DNA of 64,000 nt from a virus (IMGVR_UViG_3300028591_000092:107662-171661), one strand, 5' to 3'. Numbered from the stretch's first letter, positions 34,008-45,564 are shown. The notes: generated from the letters alone by a model not told the origin. Numbers and translations are program-made.

Positions 34008-34862
34008 ATGTTTAAAAATAATTGTTGTGACGGAATTTATCATTCTTACGATGTTCATTTTACATCTGTATGTGATAATAAATGTTCATTTTGTATTGAT
34101 AAAAAATATCAAGGCATAAACTGTAAAAAGCCAAATCCTAATGCTATTGCAAAAACTATTATTGACAATAGTGAAGGTTTTGATGATGTACTTTTTCTTG
34201 GAGGAGAACCATGTTTGTTCCTTGAAGAGTTGATTGAATGTATTGCATTAATCAAAGGGCAAACTAATTTGAAATGTTATATAACAACATCAATGCCAAA
34301 AACATGTTATGACAAAAAAGAATTATTCTTTGAATTAATTAACATGTGTGATGGTATTAATATTTCAGCACAGCATTATAATCAAGATATTGCAGATAAA
34401 ATTCGTGCAACAAAATCTAAATATGATAGAATGGCATTTTATAAATCTTTACCTTATAAAGAAAAATTCAGAATTAATTTAAATATTAATAAACCATATC
34501 TTTATAAGAAAGAAGATTTAATAGAATGTCTAAAATTTTTCGATGATCTTGGTTTTCCTGAGATTAAACTTTCAGAAATTCAGCATGGATCAGAATATTT
34601 TGTTTCATTTGAATCAATTTTTAATATTAAAATGAAATCACCTTATTCTAGCGGATGTCAAACATGGGTTGATATGAAACCGTGGATTCCGGATTTCAAA
34701 GGAAAACTTCTACTTAAAAGAAGTTGTTTTCTTTGTGAAAGTACACTTAAAGCAAGTTTCATGGATGGAGTAAAAGCATTATATAGACAATTTTCAAGAC
34801 CAGATGTAAAATATGGTGTTATTTATGAAAATGGAATGCTTTCTAAAAAAGGATGGATTTAA
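34008..34862 (+). CDS. radical SAM enzyme
   Basis: CDNKCSFC (CxxxCxxC) near the N-terminus and a GGEP SAM-binding motif. Confidence 0.8.
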   Translation: MFKNNCCDGIYHSYDVHFTSVCDNKCSFCIDKKYQGINCKKPNPNAIAKTIIDNSEGFDDVLFLGGEPCLFLEELIECIALIKGQTNLKCYITTSMPKTCYDKKELFFELINMCDGINISAQHYNQDIADKIRATKSKYDRMAFYKSLPYKEKFRINLNINKPYLYKKEDLIECLKFFDDLGFPEIKLSEIQHGSEYFVSFESIFNIKMKSPYSSGCQTWVDMKPWIPDFKGKLLLKRSCFLCESTLKASFMDGVKALYRQFSRPDVKYGVIYENGMLSKKGWI

Positions 34863-35168
34863 ATATGTGGACTAAGTTTGTAATTGCATTGATAAATAAA
34901 AAATTAAGATTCTTTGGTCATTGTGGTGGTTTTGGACATTGTTATTAAAATTACTTTAGTGATTTAAAGATTATCAATTTTTTGTAATCCGAGGTAGAAA
35001 GTAATATATTGTTACTGTAATAGGAAATTGTAGTAATACAAGATGGTTAGGGATACAAAAATCCTTTAATAAAAGGACAATGTATCATTAGGAAAGAGGT
35101 TGGGAATTGCGCAACCGTGTAGGATTACATTTTATATTGTGTAGTATAGTATACTTATAATTATTTTT

Positions 35169-35252
35169 AGCGGGATGTTAGAAGTTGGTCATCTAGCTGG
35201 TCTCATAATCCAGTGCCCTTGTGCCTCGTGAGTTCGAGTCTCACTCCCGCCA
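35169..35252 (+). tRNA. tRNA-Met(CAT)-like with an expanded (~14-nt) variable region and an A1-C72 mismatch
   Basis: Acceptor AGCGGGA/TCCCGCC, loop CTCATAA, T-arm GTGAG-TTCGAGT-CTCAC. Confidence 0.5.
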
Positions 35253-35271
35253 CTAAACAAATTAATTAACA

Positions 35272-35784
35272 ATGACATCAGAACTTTCGAAAGCTTTACT
35301 GAAATTAGCAACTGATTACACTCCTGCTCTTACAACTGAGTCGGATTATTATACAATTGGTTGCATTAAAGTAAGGTTTTCTGATCACATGTCAAATGAA
35401 ATGGACTGTGATCTAGCCGTCTTTTGTAACGGTAAATCAACTTATTGTTTAATTCCTTATATAGGAACTTGGAAAGAAGTAAGATGGTTTACTTCTATCA
35501 AAGAAATAATAAGTTATATTACTAACTTTGAGTATTTTGCTAGGACTTTTGTTAAATCATTCACACCGATTCATAGGGAAGTTACTCCTCAAATGATTAC
35601 GGAAGTAGAATGGGAAAAGAAATTTAAAGTGTATTATAACTCTAAAATTCTTTCTCCTTATTTTCCTAAATTATTCCAACTTTATAAAGATGGAAAGATA
35701 ACGATGAGGGAAATGGGCGAAATGTCTAGTATGTCAAAAAAAAAGCAAGTCGCAAAGTACAAACAATTACTTGGGGAGAATTAA
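35272..35784 (+). CDS. hypothetical protein
   Basis: ORF track. Confidence 0.5.
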   Translation: MTSELSKALLKLATDYTPALTTESDYYTIGCIKVRFSDHMSNEMDCDLAVFCNGKSTYCLIPYIGTWKEVRWFTSIKEIISYITNFEYFARTFVKSFTPIHREVTPQMITEVEWEKKFKVYYNSKILSPYFPKLFQLYKDGKITMREMGEMSSMSKKKQVAKYKQLLGEN

Positions 35785-36014
35785 TCTCTCCAAGTAATTT
35801 TCTTGATGTCATAAAATTTTGAAATTATGAATAACATAATTAAAGATGCTATACAAGAAGGATGGGATGATTATTATTCCAATTCTTCCACAGTTTATTT
35901 AACTGAAGAACCTTTTGAAGAAGGTTGGAAAGAAGGATATGAATGGATTCTTATAGAATTGTCTATTCGCGGATATATCTCCGATGAAATTGTTGAACAT
36001 TATATGAATGTATT

Positions 36015-36455
36015 ATGTGTTTGATTGTAAAACGTCCGGTAAAAATACAAACAGCTAAGGAAAATATGGTTGTTTATAAACTTGTAGAAGAACATAAGAG
36101 TTATTTAAATACAGGTCTTACAAGTTTATATGGTCCATTTCAATGGATTAAATATGGAATAGTAAAATGTCTTCCATTTAGTATAAGAGAAGATGATAAA
36201 TTTCATATTACGCCTTGTTGTTTTTATTTTAATACAGATATGATTACAGGGGGAGGATTTCATACTTTTAAAAATCTTCTTGATGCTGTAGCCTGTAATA
36301 AAACAATGTTCTCCCAATATACAATTTATAAATGTATTATTCCGAAAGGAATTCAATATATTGAAGGAATATTTATTCAACGTGGTACAAAAAGAATAGA
36401 AGAATATTCATCTTATGTTTCAAAAGAGTTAAGATTTGAAGAAAAATGTGTTTGA
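36015..36455 (+). CDS. hypothetical protein, paralog of 36446..36790 (both start MCLI.KR.V)
   Basis: ORF track; shared N-terminus and FHTFKNL/FFAFDNF region. Confidence 0.5.
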   Translation: MCLIVKRPVKIQTAKENMVVYKLVEEHKSYLNTGLTSLYGPFQWIKYGIVKCLPFSIREDDKFHITPCCFYFNTDMITGGGFHTFKNLLDAVACNKTMFSQYTIYKCIIPKGIQYIEGIFIQRGTKRIEEYSSYVSKELRFEEKCV

Positions 36456-36790
36456 TTGATAAAAGAATAGTTAGGTATGCAGATCATAATATACCTATTT
36501 TTAAAGTAGCTATTAAAAAAGGTGATAAATATTACAGTCCTTATCAAAATGATAATAGATTGTGGAGAGTAAATACTACAGATTTTACTATTTATCAATC
36601 TATATGTGTACAAGGATGTACTTTATTTGCTAAAGGATATTTCTTTGCTTTTGATAATTTTGGAGATGCTTTAAGTAGAGCAAGTTATAATCCTGACTTA
36701 GTAATATTAAAGGGATATATTCCAGAAGGAACTCGATTTGCTTACGAAAATGGAGAGATTTGTTCTCATAAAATGATTTTAAATATTTAA
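36446..36790 (+). CDS. hypothetical protein, paralog of 36015..36455
   Basis: ORF track. Confidence 0.5.
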   Translation: MCLIDKRIVRYADHNIPIFKVAIKKGDKYYSPYQNDNRLWRVNTTDFTIYQSICVQGCTLFAKGYFFAFDNFGDALSRASYNPDLVILKGYIPEGTRFAYENGEICSHKMILNI

Positions 36791-36792
36791 TC

Positions 36793-37014
36793 ATGAAAAA
36801 GTTTTTAATAGTTGTTATATGTTTATTAACAGTTACAACTACTCAAGCAGATTTGCTTGATCAAATAATTAAACTTATTGAAGATTATAAACAATCTAAA
36901 GAAATACTTGTCTCTGATACTAAGTATATTGTTAGTTCTGTAGATAGTCTTCAGAATCAATATCTTAATGATTCTACTATTGTAGTTAAAACATTTAAAA
37001 AGATAATTCAATGA
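36793..37014 (+). CDS. small secreted protein (signal peptide)
   Basis: MKKFLIVVICLLTVTTTQA. Confidence 0.45.
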   Translation: MKKFLIVVICLLTVTTTQADLLDQIIKLIEDYKQSKEILVSDTKYIVSSVDSLQNQYLNDSTIVVKTFKKIIQ

Positions 37015-37559
37015 AAAAAATTTATTCTTTGATCGTCTTATTGATGATCGCCACATTTTCTTTTGGCGCTGCTAAAGATGTAACAGCCAAATCTTCTTCT
37101 GTACAAACAATTCATAATGATGTAACTAACGCTATTAGTACTATTCACAATGATGTAAAAGACATTACAACTACTCTTTACGGAGATAGTAAAGATGCCG
37201 TAGCAGCATTGTATCCTGAAGTAAAAAGTGCCGTTGTTTCTATTGCAAAGGCTATTGGTGTAGCAGCAGAGCATGTTTATGGTGTTCTTGTTAAGAAGTT
37301 TGTAGTTGATGGTATTGTTCAACTATTGCCTTTTATTTTAGGATTAGTATTGGTCATAATAGGATGGATTAAATTAAGTAAATATATTAAAGAGCATGAT
37401 AAAATTGAATGGCGTATATTATACCCTGCTTCTTTAATTCTCTTTGGTATTTTTGCATTAACTGCTGTTGATTATGATGTTCTTGTTATGGGATTAGTTA
37501 ATCCTGAATATGGAGCATTAAATTATATTCTAGAGTATTCTAAACAAATGCTACAATGA
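37011..37559 (+). CDS. signal peptide plus C-terminal multi-TM membrane protein
   Basis: ORF track. Confidence 0.5.
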   Translation: MKKIYSLIVLLMIATFSFGAAKDVTAKSSSVQTIHNDVTNAISTIHNDVKDITTTLYGDSKDAVAALYPEVKSAVVSIAKAIGVAAEHVYGVLVKKFVVDGIVQLLPFILGLVLVIIGWIKLSKYIKEHDKIEWRILYPASLILFGIFALTAVDYDVLVMGLVNPEYGALNYILEYSKQMLQ

Positions 37560-38104
37560 GTAGAGTTAGATGGTTGACATTTTTGTATGTTCTTTTAGGA
37601 ATTTCTACAATTATTTTTACTGCATATGATGCTTTAAAAACAGTCAATTGTGAAATTCCTGGAGAAAATACAGAAGTTTATGCCGATAAAGTTTCTTCTG
37701 TAGATTTTTGGGATGTTTCTTTTGTGAATCCTGAAACTGAAGAAATTATTTGGCATGCTCGTTTAGATGATTATCAAAAACAAGTTTTATTTAAAACAAA
37801 AAAATATTTTCCTGAGAAAAATTGTTTTCTACCAAATAATTGGTGGAAATTATTACTGTTTTTTATAACTGTTATATTTTTTGCTATTACAATTCTTTCT
37901 GCTTTAGCTGGTATTATTCCTTGTTATACAAATAAAACATATCCTTTAATAAATAGATTAGAGGCATATAGGGATTGTAAAGAATGTATGTGGAAAAATG
38001 TTTGTTGTTTTAATGATAAACTTATTTTGTATAATCCAGATCTTAGTCCTTTAAAGAACAATTTTAAATCTTTCTTTGGATATGAAACGAGCGATTCTAT
38101 ATAA
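37556..38104 (+). CDS. 2-TM membrane protein, paralog of 38076..38591 (shared C-terminal ..FFGY)
   Basis: ORF track. Confidence 0.5.
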   Translation: MSRVRWLTFLYVLLGISTIIFTAYDALKTVNCEIPGENTEVYADKVSSVDFWDVSFVNPETEEIIWHARLDDYQKQVLFKTKKYFPEKNCFLPNNWWKLLLFFITVIFFAITILSALAGIIPCYTNKTYPLINRLEAYRDCKECMWKNVCCFNDKLILYNPDLSPLKNNFKSFFGYETSDSI

Positions 38105-38591
38105 TCTTTTTTGGATTAGTTTATGGTTAATTCTTTTTTTCTGTATTGAAAGATTTATTTTCTTCAGAGAAGTTGAATTAACATTTGGTGGTCGAATGAT
38201 TACTTACAACTCAGAGTTAATTGATAAGATTCCTGTTCATCGAGTTGTTATTCACGGTACAGATGTTAGATGGAATATCAAACTAACTAATGAACAGTTA
38301 AAGGATTTTATACAAAATCACAAATGTGTTGGATATTTATATAAAGAACATCTTTGGTGGTTTGTAATTGTTTGGATTGCTTTTGCTATTACGGCATTAG
38401 TTTGGATTTGTATTCTTTGTGAAGAAATTACTTATATTTCATATAATCCAAATGCAGATATTGGAAAAAGATTTGACTGGTATAAAAATTGTAATAAAAA
38501 GGATGTTGAATGGTATAATTATTTAGATTCTCTTGATCTTTCTCCATTTACTAATTCAATTAAAGAATTTTTTGGATATGGTATTGCATAA
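38076..38591 (+). CDS. 2-TM membrane protein, paralog of 37556..38104
   Basis: ORF track. Confidence 0.5.
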   Translation: MDMKRAILYNLFWISLWLILFFCIERFIFFREVELTFGGRMITYNSELIDKIPVHRVVIHGTDVRWNIKLTNEQLKDFIQNHKCVGYLYKEHLWWFVIVWIAFAITALVWICILCEEITYISYNPNADIGKRFDWYKNCNKKDVEWYNYLDSLDLSPFTNSIKEFFGYGIA

Positions 38592-39069
38592 TTAGTTTTA
38601 TGCAATATCTCTAATTTTTATATTATGAAAAGAACATTTTTTGTAAGTTATTGTATAGACAGAACTTATATTCATTTTTATAATGATACTATTACTTTAG
38701 TTCATGTAACTAATTTTGATGTTCCTAAAACATTATTTGATGTTTTACAAGCAAAACATTCTGATTATGTTGTGCTTATTAATTTTTGGGAAATAAATAA
38801 TTAATTTAAAGTAAATTGTAGTATATTTTTGGATAAGATAGACTTTATGTCTGTCTTGTCCTGCTTTTTACAATAAGTTCGTACCTTATTGTGTCTCTAA
38901 AACTAAAATAACTTTCCAAGTTGTTGAGGACACCTTAGTTTGTTATAGTAATTCTATTTTATTATTGTAGGTGCTATTGAATCGATAGTAACATTGTAAA
39001 CAACCAATTATTAGTAGTAAAATAGGTTAAATTATTATAATTTTAGGTGTAAAACACAAATGAAACATT

Positions 39070-39810
39070 ATGAAAATCAATAAACAACTTTTTGAAGATG
39101 TTCTTTCGGGTAAATTGAAAGGAACGTTTGTAAGTAGAGAAAAACGGCATTATAGTTCTAGCTTGTTACGCAGAAATTATGATAGATGGAGTACCACTCA
39201 CCCTTATTGTGTGAATGGCATGTCCTACTCACCAAATGGTTTTTTCCGTGTTGAAATTACCAGCGGTCCTCTTGATATTATAGATTTTATACCAGATACA
39301 AATACGAAAGAAAATGAACTAACAATTGAAATTCCCAATGGAAAAATAGTAGATTGGGATGAGTCAAAGAAACAGAACAAGATTGTTTTAAAAGATAAAC
39401 GATTGACTTATGAAGATGTTTGTATCGCATTGTATAATGGTAAAATGGTGTATTATACAGATGCGAAAGGTAATATAAACAGTATACCATTTTCTAAATT
39501 GGATGAAGATAATCCGTATAATTCAAATAATGCTTTTACCAAGCATCAACTTGAATGTATTCTTGCAAAAAATATGCTTGCCAACGTTGCAAAGTATCTG
39601 AACAACGGTTGGCGACCCAATAATAATGAGGAAAAATATGGTTGGTTTATTTACTATAATGGCAATTGTAACGAATTTGAATTTTCAAAGGCTAATGGGT
39701 TTGCTTATGATAGCAATGTATTTTTCAAATCCAAAGAACTTGCACAACAAGCAATTGAAATTCTTGGAGAAGAAACTGTTAAACTTGCATTAGAACCACT
39801 AGGAGTATAA
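39070..39810 (+). CDS. hypothetical protein
   Basis: ORF track. Confidence 0.5.
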   Translation: MKINKQLFEDVLSGKLKGTFVSREKRHYSSSLLRRNYDRWSTTHPYCVNGMSYSPNGFFRVEITSGPLDIIDFIPDTNTKENELTIEIPNGKIVDWDESKKQNKIVLKDKRLTYEDVCIALYNGKMVYYTDAKGNINSIPFSKLDEDNPYNSNNAFTKHQLECILAKNMLANVAKYLNNGWRPNNNEEKYGWFIYYNGNCNEFEFSKANGFAYDSNVFFKSKELAQQAIEILGEETVKLALEPLGV

Positions 39811-39816
39811 AATATT

Positions 39817-40332
39817 ATGGAAACAAAAGAATTAAAAATAACAATCCCTGAAGGATTTGAGATTGATAAAGAGAATTCTTCTTTTGAGAGAATAGTCTTT
39901 AAAAAGAAAGACACTAAACCAAGAAGTTGGGAGGAATATTGTGATAAGTTTAAAGGTCAATTTTATTATATCCAAGATAATAGAGACAATATTGCCACTT
40001 CCTTTGTTCCTAATGGATTGGTTTCTGCATACAAAAACTATGTTCCATCAAAAGAACTAGCAGAAGCGTTCCTCGCTATGATGCAACTTATGTCACTGAG
40101 ACAAGATTGGATTCATAAATGGTCAATAGAGAGTGGAATGACTGATGATTGGAAACCTGATTGGAAGAATGGTAATGAAACTAAATACTGTCTAATTCAC
40201 GTAAAAAATATTATTAAAATATGTGATTTTTATATAGCAAATCATACTTTATCTTTCCCAACAGAAGAAATGGCAGAAGATTTTATGAATTGCTTTAAGG
40301 ATTTGCTAGAAATTGCTAAGTTGTTAATTTAA
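39817..40332 (+). CDS. hypothetical protein
   Basis: ORF track. Confidence 0.5.
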   Translation: METKELKITIPEGFEIDKENSSFERIVFKKKDTKPRSWEEYCDKFKGQFYYIQDNRDNIATSFVPNGLVSAYKNYVPSKELAEAFLAMMQLMSLRQDWIHKWSIESGMTDDWKPDWKNGNETKYCLIHVKNIIKICDFYIANHTLSFPTEEMAEDFMNCFKDLLEIAKLLI

Positions 40333-40718
40333 AATGTGTGAAAACCAATATGAAGTTTCAGAATGCTCATATTCTATTTGTTCTGCAATTGGTTGGTATC
40401 CTGTAATCTGTCCTTATAATCAAGAAGAGTGTCCTAATTATAAACTATCGGATAAGGCTTAGACAGTGGATATTGTGATGAATCAGGAGATATAAATTTA
40501 TAATAGTGCGGTAAAAGTCTAAGAAACTTTCCTATTAAATTAGGTTTGGTATACTGTTCAAATCAGTCGGCTATTATAAGTTACCTATAGGTATATCTTT
40601 CGTACTGGATAGTTTCAATAAACAAACTGGTGTGATGCGAATAGATAGTTTATAATTTTTATTTGCTATAGATCATTGGTTTGATCTATAGTTTCTAGTT
40701 TTAAAATTTATAACAATT

Positions 40719-41165
40719 ATGAAAATAATAAATCATGAATGTTATGTATCTCTTGAAGTAGCAAGACTATTGAAAGAAGCAGGTTTTGATTGGGAAGTCA
40801 ATCACTGCTATCCGAGTTGTGATTCATTAGATAATTCTTGCTCAGGATATATGGAGGATTTGCGATTTTATCACAATATAAACGATGGTAAATATGGCGG
40901 TATGTCTGCCCCAACTCTCGATGTAGCACAAAGATGGTTGAGAGAGGTTAAAAGGTATTATGTTGCTTGGGAATTTAGCATGAATATTAATTTTTGTGGA
41001 CAAGAGTTATATGATTTTACAAATATAAGTGTTTATATTTTTGTTGATAGTGAACAAGGTAATATTTGTAAATGTAAGTTAAAAGAAAACTATAAGACAA
41101 TCGAAGAAGCCCAAGAAGCTGGTATTAAGAAAGCACTTGAATTGATCTTAGATGAAGAAAAATAA
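40719..41165 (+). CDS. hypothetical protein, paralog of 44636..45022
   Basis: Shared MKIINHE.YVSLEVA.LLK.AGFDW and EAGIKKALE motifs. Confidence 0.5.
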   Translation: MKIINHECYVSLEVARLLKEAGFDWEVNHCYPSCDSLDNSCSGYMEDLRFYHNINDGKYGGMSAPTLDVAQRWLREVKRYYVAWEFSMNINFCGQELYDFTNISVYIFVDSEQGNICKCKLKENYKTIEEAQEAGIKKALELILDEEK

Positions 41166-43373
41166 TATTATGAAAATAAAACAACTGATTGAGTATCTTC
41201 AAAAGTTTAATTCAGAAGATAGAATTTGTATTAAAGCGTGGGTAAAAAATAAAGAAGGACAATTTGAAAAACATTTTCTTCGTATAACAGGAATAGATGA
41301 TGATTGTAATGTTGGTCTTTGGAATTTAGTTGCTGATGAATTTCAAAAAAACGAAACTGCGTGGGAACCTGTTATTGATTGGGATAAGACAATTGCTAAT
41401 GAACGACAGCATAAATAAGAAAGTAAAATAAGATTATGACAGAAGAACAAATCAAACAAAATGCAGAAGCGTATGCCGAAGAGCATGCAGTACGCATAGA
41501 CGGTGGAGGTTGGGAAGAAGAATATGATTACAAAGAACAAGAAGCAGCCTACATCGCAGGTGCTCATAGCCGCGATGAGGAGATAGAGAAATTAAAACGT
41601 CTGTATGAGGAAGCACTCCATAAATATTATGAATCTGAATGTAAATTACGCAATCCGTGGATAAGTGTTGAGGAAAGGCTGCCAGAAGAAGATATAGACA
41701 ATAATGGATATTCTGTTAAAGTAATAGGAATGTTTGCAAACGGAGGTATATCTGATTGTTTTTGTTCATTAGATGAGAATATATGGTTCATAGATGGTCT
41801 TACTTGTGATAAACCTACACATTGGATGCAAATACCAAATTTAAACTGTAAATAATTATTATGAACTAACAATATGAGAACACCAATTACATTACAAGAG
41901 TTTCTATTTACTCTTAATCAAGATGAGGATATGCAAATTCTTCTTATTGACTATAAAGAAGATGATGTAATTAATAGTTTCTGGAAATCTGATTATATAG
42001 AATATAAAGAGGAACATAAAGATTGGTTTGTACAAGATTTTGTTCTAATGTCAAAAGGTCTTGAAATAACTATTGTTAAATCTGAAGAAGAATTAGATTA
42101 ATTAGTATGGAAAATACAAAACAAGCAGCCATTGATTTTGTAAACAATGGTGGTAAATGTATCTATCGTTATGGTTGGGGTTGGAAAGGAGCAGGCGCTA
42201 ACTATAAAACAAAAGAATGGGCACTTGATAAATTAAGTAAGTCTAGCTGGGATTTTGGCAAAGGCTTTTATGAGCTTTCTTGGACTAAACGAGATGGTGA
42301 AACTGTTCTTGAGTTTAATGAATTAGATGAAAATGATATGTGGTAATATGAAAACAAAAATTATTCCATTCGACTTGGAGACGGCAAAAAAAATCCAAAC
42401 AGGAATGATTGAAGGAGCGATCAAAACAAAAGATGGAAACCTTGCAAAACTGCTTGTCACTGATTTGAAAAGCGAGCAACCTATAGTTGCTGTTGTCCGC
42501 TGCGGGAGTTCAGAGGAGGTTGTGACGGTGTCAGTAGATGGCTGCTTCTATAAGTCTAAATGGAAAAGCAATTTTGACCTCGTTCTCGAAGTTCCAGACA
42601 ACGAACCGCAGTTCAAGCCATTTGATAAGGTGCTTGTGAGACATCCTTATAAGACAGAATTATGTGTGCCTGAAAACATATGGATACCAGGTATTTTTCA
42701 ATATAAAAACACTTATTTCAATTTATATTTTGTTAGTGGAAAATCTTATTGGGATTGTATCCCATACGAAGGTAATGAACATCTTGTAGGTACAACCAAT
42801 AAACCAAAGGAGGAATGAGTATGGCACATTACAGAAGTAGGTAGTAAGTAAATATTTTTATTTTTAATTTTTTTAATTATGGCTGCTATAGATAAGTTAT
42901 ATTTAAAGAATTATTATTCTTTTGATAAGTTTAGACTTTGGTGTCTTATTCATAAACCTTCTTTACTTAATTCTTTTTATCATTGGAATTTATCTGAAAA
43001 AGAGTGGAATGATTGGAAAGAATATTGTTATAATGAAAGACGTTCTTTATTAAAAGAGATCTATCATAAGTACAAGAATGCTCAAACTCTTGAAGCGGAT
43101 TATAAAAGAATGTATGAGCTTAATGGAAAAAAATTTCCTGGTATTCCAATTGAGCAATTGGAAGAAGAAGTAAAGGCTTTCAAGGAAGATTGGGAGGCAT
43201 TACAAAATAAAAAACAATGGATTGAAAGTTATTCTCTTCCTATTACTAATTTTTCTTGTAAAGAAGATGAATATCTTTTATGGCATTGCCCATTTAGTGA
43301 AATAAGAGAATATCTTATTAAACAATGTGGATATAAAGAAAAATGGTATTATAAATTATTTTTTAAAGAATGA
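41152..43373 (+). other. run of six small hypothetical genes (41152..41418, 41436..41855, 41874..42101, 42107..42346, 42327..42818, 42879..43373), tightly packed or overlapping
   Basis: ORF track; short intergenic spacing. Confidence 0.45.
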
Positions 43374-43627
43374 AAACGATACGAGAAATAGTAACATATT
43401 TGCTTGTTTTTATATCTATTGCAATTATACTTTATTGCATTAGTGGATGTAGTAATTCTTATGAAGAATATACAGTTAAATCTAATGGTACTTATATTGA
43501 AACTATTAGATTTAATTTTGGACAAGGTCAAGTTGTTGTAAAGGAATATACAGCTCCTAATGGAAAAACATTTTATATTTTTAAGAGTCTTTCTTCTGGA
43601 GATATAGATGTTATCTCTGCTGATTAG
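43370..43627 (+). CDS. small lipoprotein (lipobox ISGC)
   Basis: ORF track. Confidence 0.45.
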   Translation: MKTIREIVTYLLVFISIAIILYCISGCSNSYEEYTVKSNGTYIETIRFNFGQGQVVVKEYTAPNGKTFYIFKSLSSGDIDVISAD

Positions 43628-43633
43628 CAGATT

Positions 43634-44235
43634 GCCACCTTGGCGGAATTGGCAGACGCGAAGGACTTAATTATTAATTTGAGTGCACTGAGGGAAACCT
43701 TAGATGTAGAACCTCCCTAATTCGGTGGAAGCTAAGTTAGAATAAAAAAGAAAGTGTAGGTTTTGAGGAAGATTTCACGAGTCTCCGGACAATCCCGTAT
43801 CCTCTCTAAGTTTTTCCTTTTCTAATATGCTAATACCGAGCCAATGTTAAGATAGCGGAATGGGCTTGCTCTTACTTGAAATAATAGTAATGAGATTGTA
43901 GTGCCGTGAAAATAGACAGTGTGTAGAGACTATACAGGAGGAACCTAAGTTGAAATAAATTTAGTATGGAGTATTATGACCCACAAGTCCAATTCTTTGA
44001 AGGATTGCTTATGAATGGGATAAGAGCATAAAGCATTGCATCGAAACATACGCTTGCAAGATTTTAATATGGTTTAGATAGAGTCCAGACTACAACAAAT
44101 AGGTGTAGGTTCGTTGCCTACAGATTAAGTTCGTAATAACTTGCAGACGAAATCTATTTGGCTATGGAAACATAGAGTAGTAAGAAAATCCTTTGGCCCG
44201 AAGGGGCTATCCCGGTTCGATCCCGGGAGGTGGTA
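43634..44235 (+). tRNA. tRNA-Leu(UAA) interrupted after U34 by a ~516-nt group-I-like intron. Exons 43634..43668 and 44185..44235; intron 43669..44184.
   Basis: 5' exon GCCACCT-TG-GCG-GAATTGGCAGA-CGC-G-AAGGA-CTT and 3' exon AAAA-TCCTT-TGGCCCGAAGGGGCTAT-CCCGG-TTCGATC-CCGGG-AGGTGGT-A. Exon ends in U; intron ends in G; GAGT near the intron start can pair with ACTT of the exon (P1 with a U-G pair). Confidence 0.6.
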
Positions 44236-44365
44236 CTAATAAATTATATTAATAAATATTAATATATGGAAAAAATATTAACAAAAAACATTGTATATAA
44301 ACTTGGTTTACAAATTGTCTGTTATTACAGTTGAGGTGATTAGCTAAACTTAAAAATGCATAATT

Positions 44366-44632
44366 ATGGAAACGACAAAAGTAAATATTAATGCTCTTAT
44401 TAGAGTTCAATTAACGAAAGAAGGAGCACATGCAATAAATAAGCATAATACAAAATTAATTAATGACTTTATAATGAAGTTTCCTACAGCTGATACAAGT
44501 TTTTTGAAAACTGACTATGTAGAAGGTGATGTAATAGAAGATTCTTTGTGGTATGTGTTTTCAATAATCGGAGAATATCTAAACGGAAACACAAGGGCTC
44601 CTTTTGTTAATAATGAAATTGAATTTTTGTAA
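44366..44632 (+). CDS. hypothetical protein
   Basis: ORF track. Confidence 0.5.
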   Translation: METTKVNINALIRVQLTKEGAHAINKHNTKLINDFIMKFPTADTSFLKTDYVEGDVIEDSLWYVFSIIGEYLNGNTRAPFVNNEIEFL

Positions 44633-44635
44633 TTT

Positions 44636-45022
44636 ATGAAAATAATAAATCACGAAACTTATGTGTCGCTCGAAGTAGCGAAATTACTGAAACAAGCAGG
44701 ATTTGATTGGAAATGCTCACATCAATTTATTGATGGTAAAATAATTGAAATGCTTTTTTCATATTCAAATTCACAAATGTGTACAGAACATTTTGCTGCG
44801 CCAACTCTCGCTGTTGCTCAAAAATGGTTGAGAGAAATGAAGGGATGGGAAGCACAGGTAGCATACGGATTTGATGAGGACGGTCACAAAACTTATGTTA
44901 CAGAATGCGGAAATCCAGAAGGAGATTTGGAAGATTATAAAGTATATTTTCCGACGTACGAAGAAACTCTTGAAGCAGGTATTAAGAAAGCGCTTGAAAT
45001 AATTTTAGAAAAAGGAGAATAA
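44636..45022 (+). CDS. hypothetical protein, paralog of 40719..41165
   Basis: ORF track. Confidence 0.5.
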   Translation: MKIINHETYVSLEVAKLLKQAGFDWKCSHQFIDGKIIEMLFSYSNSQMCTEHFAAPTLAVAQKWLREMKGWEAQVAYGFDEDGHKTYVTECGNPEGDLEDYKVYFPTYEETLEAGIKKALEIILEKGE

Positions 45023-45025
45023 ATT

Positions 45026-45564
45026 ATGTTGACAGGCGGAAGATTAGTATTAACAAATGGTTATGTAATTGCATATACTGATAATTATAATACCAACTAC
45101 AATGATTGGAGTGGTCAAGATGGGTTTGTTATATTAGATAAGGCTGGTCAACGAATTGGTGGTCTTTATCAGCACGCAGTAGACGCTTTGGAAGATGCGT
45201 TGAAATATGAGGAGGAATAAGATTATGAAAGCAGAAGAATTAGAAAAACACCAGCGAGAAAGAGAAGTACATGCCAAAAAGGCAATAAAACTTCTAAAAA
45301 AGTGTTTAGAACTAGTTGAGAATTCACTAAAGAAAGGGGAATAATAATATGAAAAAGATTTATTACAAACACATCATCATCACAAAAGGAGACCAAGATT
45401 ATGCAGAAAAAGAAATCAACTCCTATATTAAGGATGCAGGAAACATCAACATCATATCACTAAATGTTGTTCCAGAGAGAGTTGGTGTGGTTGATTGTGG
45501 CGGATATGCGTTACCAAAGTATTGGTATCATATTAGTTTAGTATATACATCTAATGAAGAATGA
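45026..45564 (+). other. two small hypothetical genes (45026..45220, 45349..45564)
   Basis: ORF track. Confidence 0.4.
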
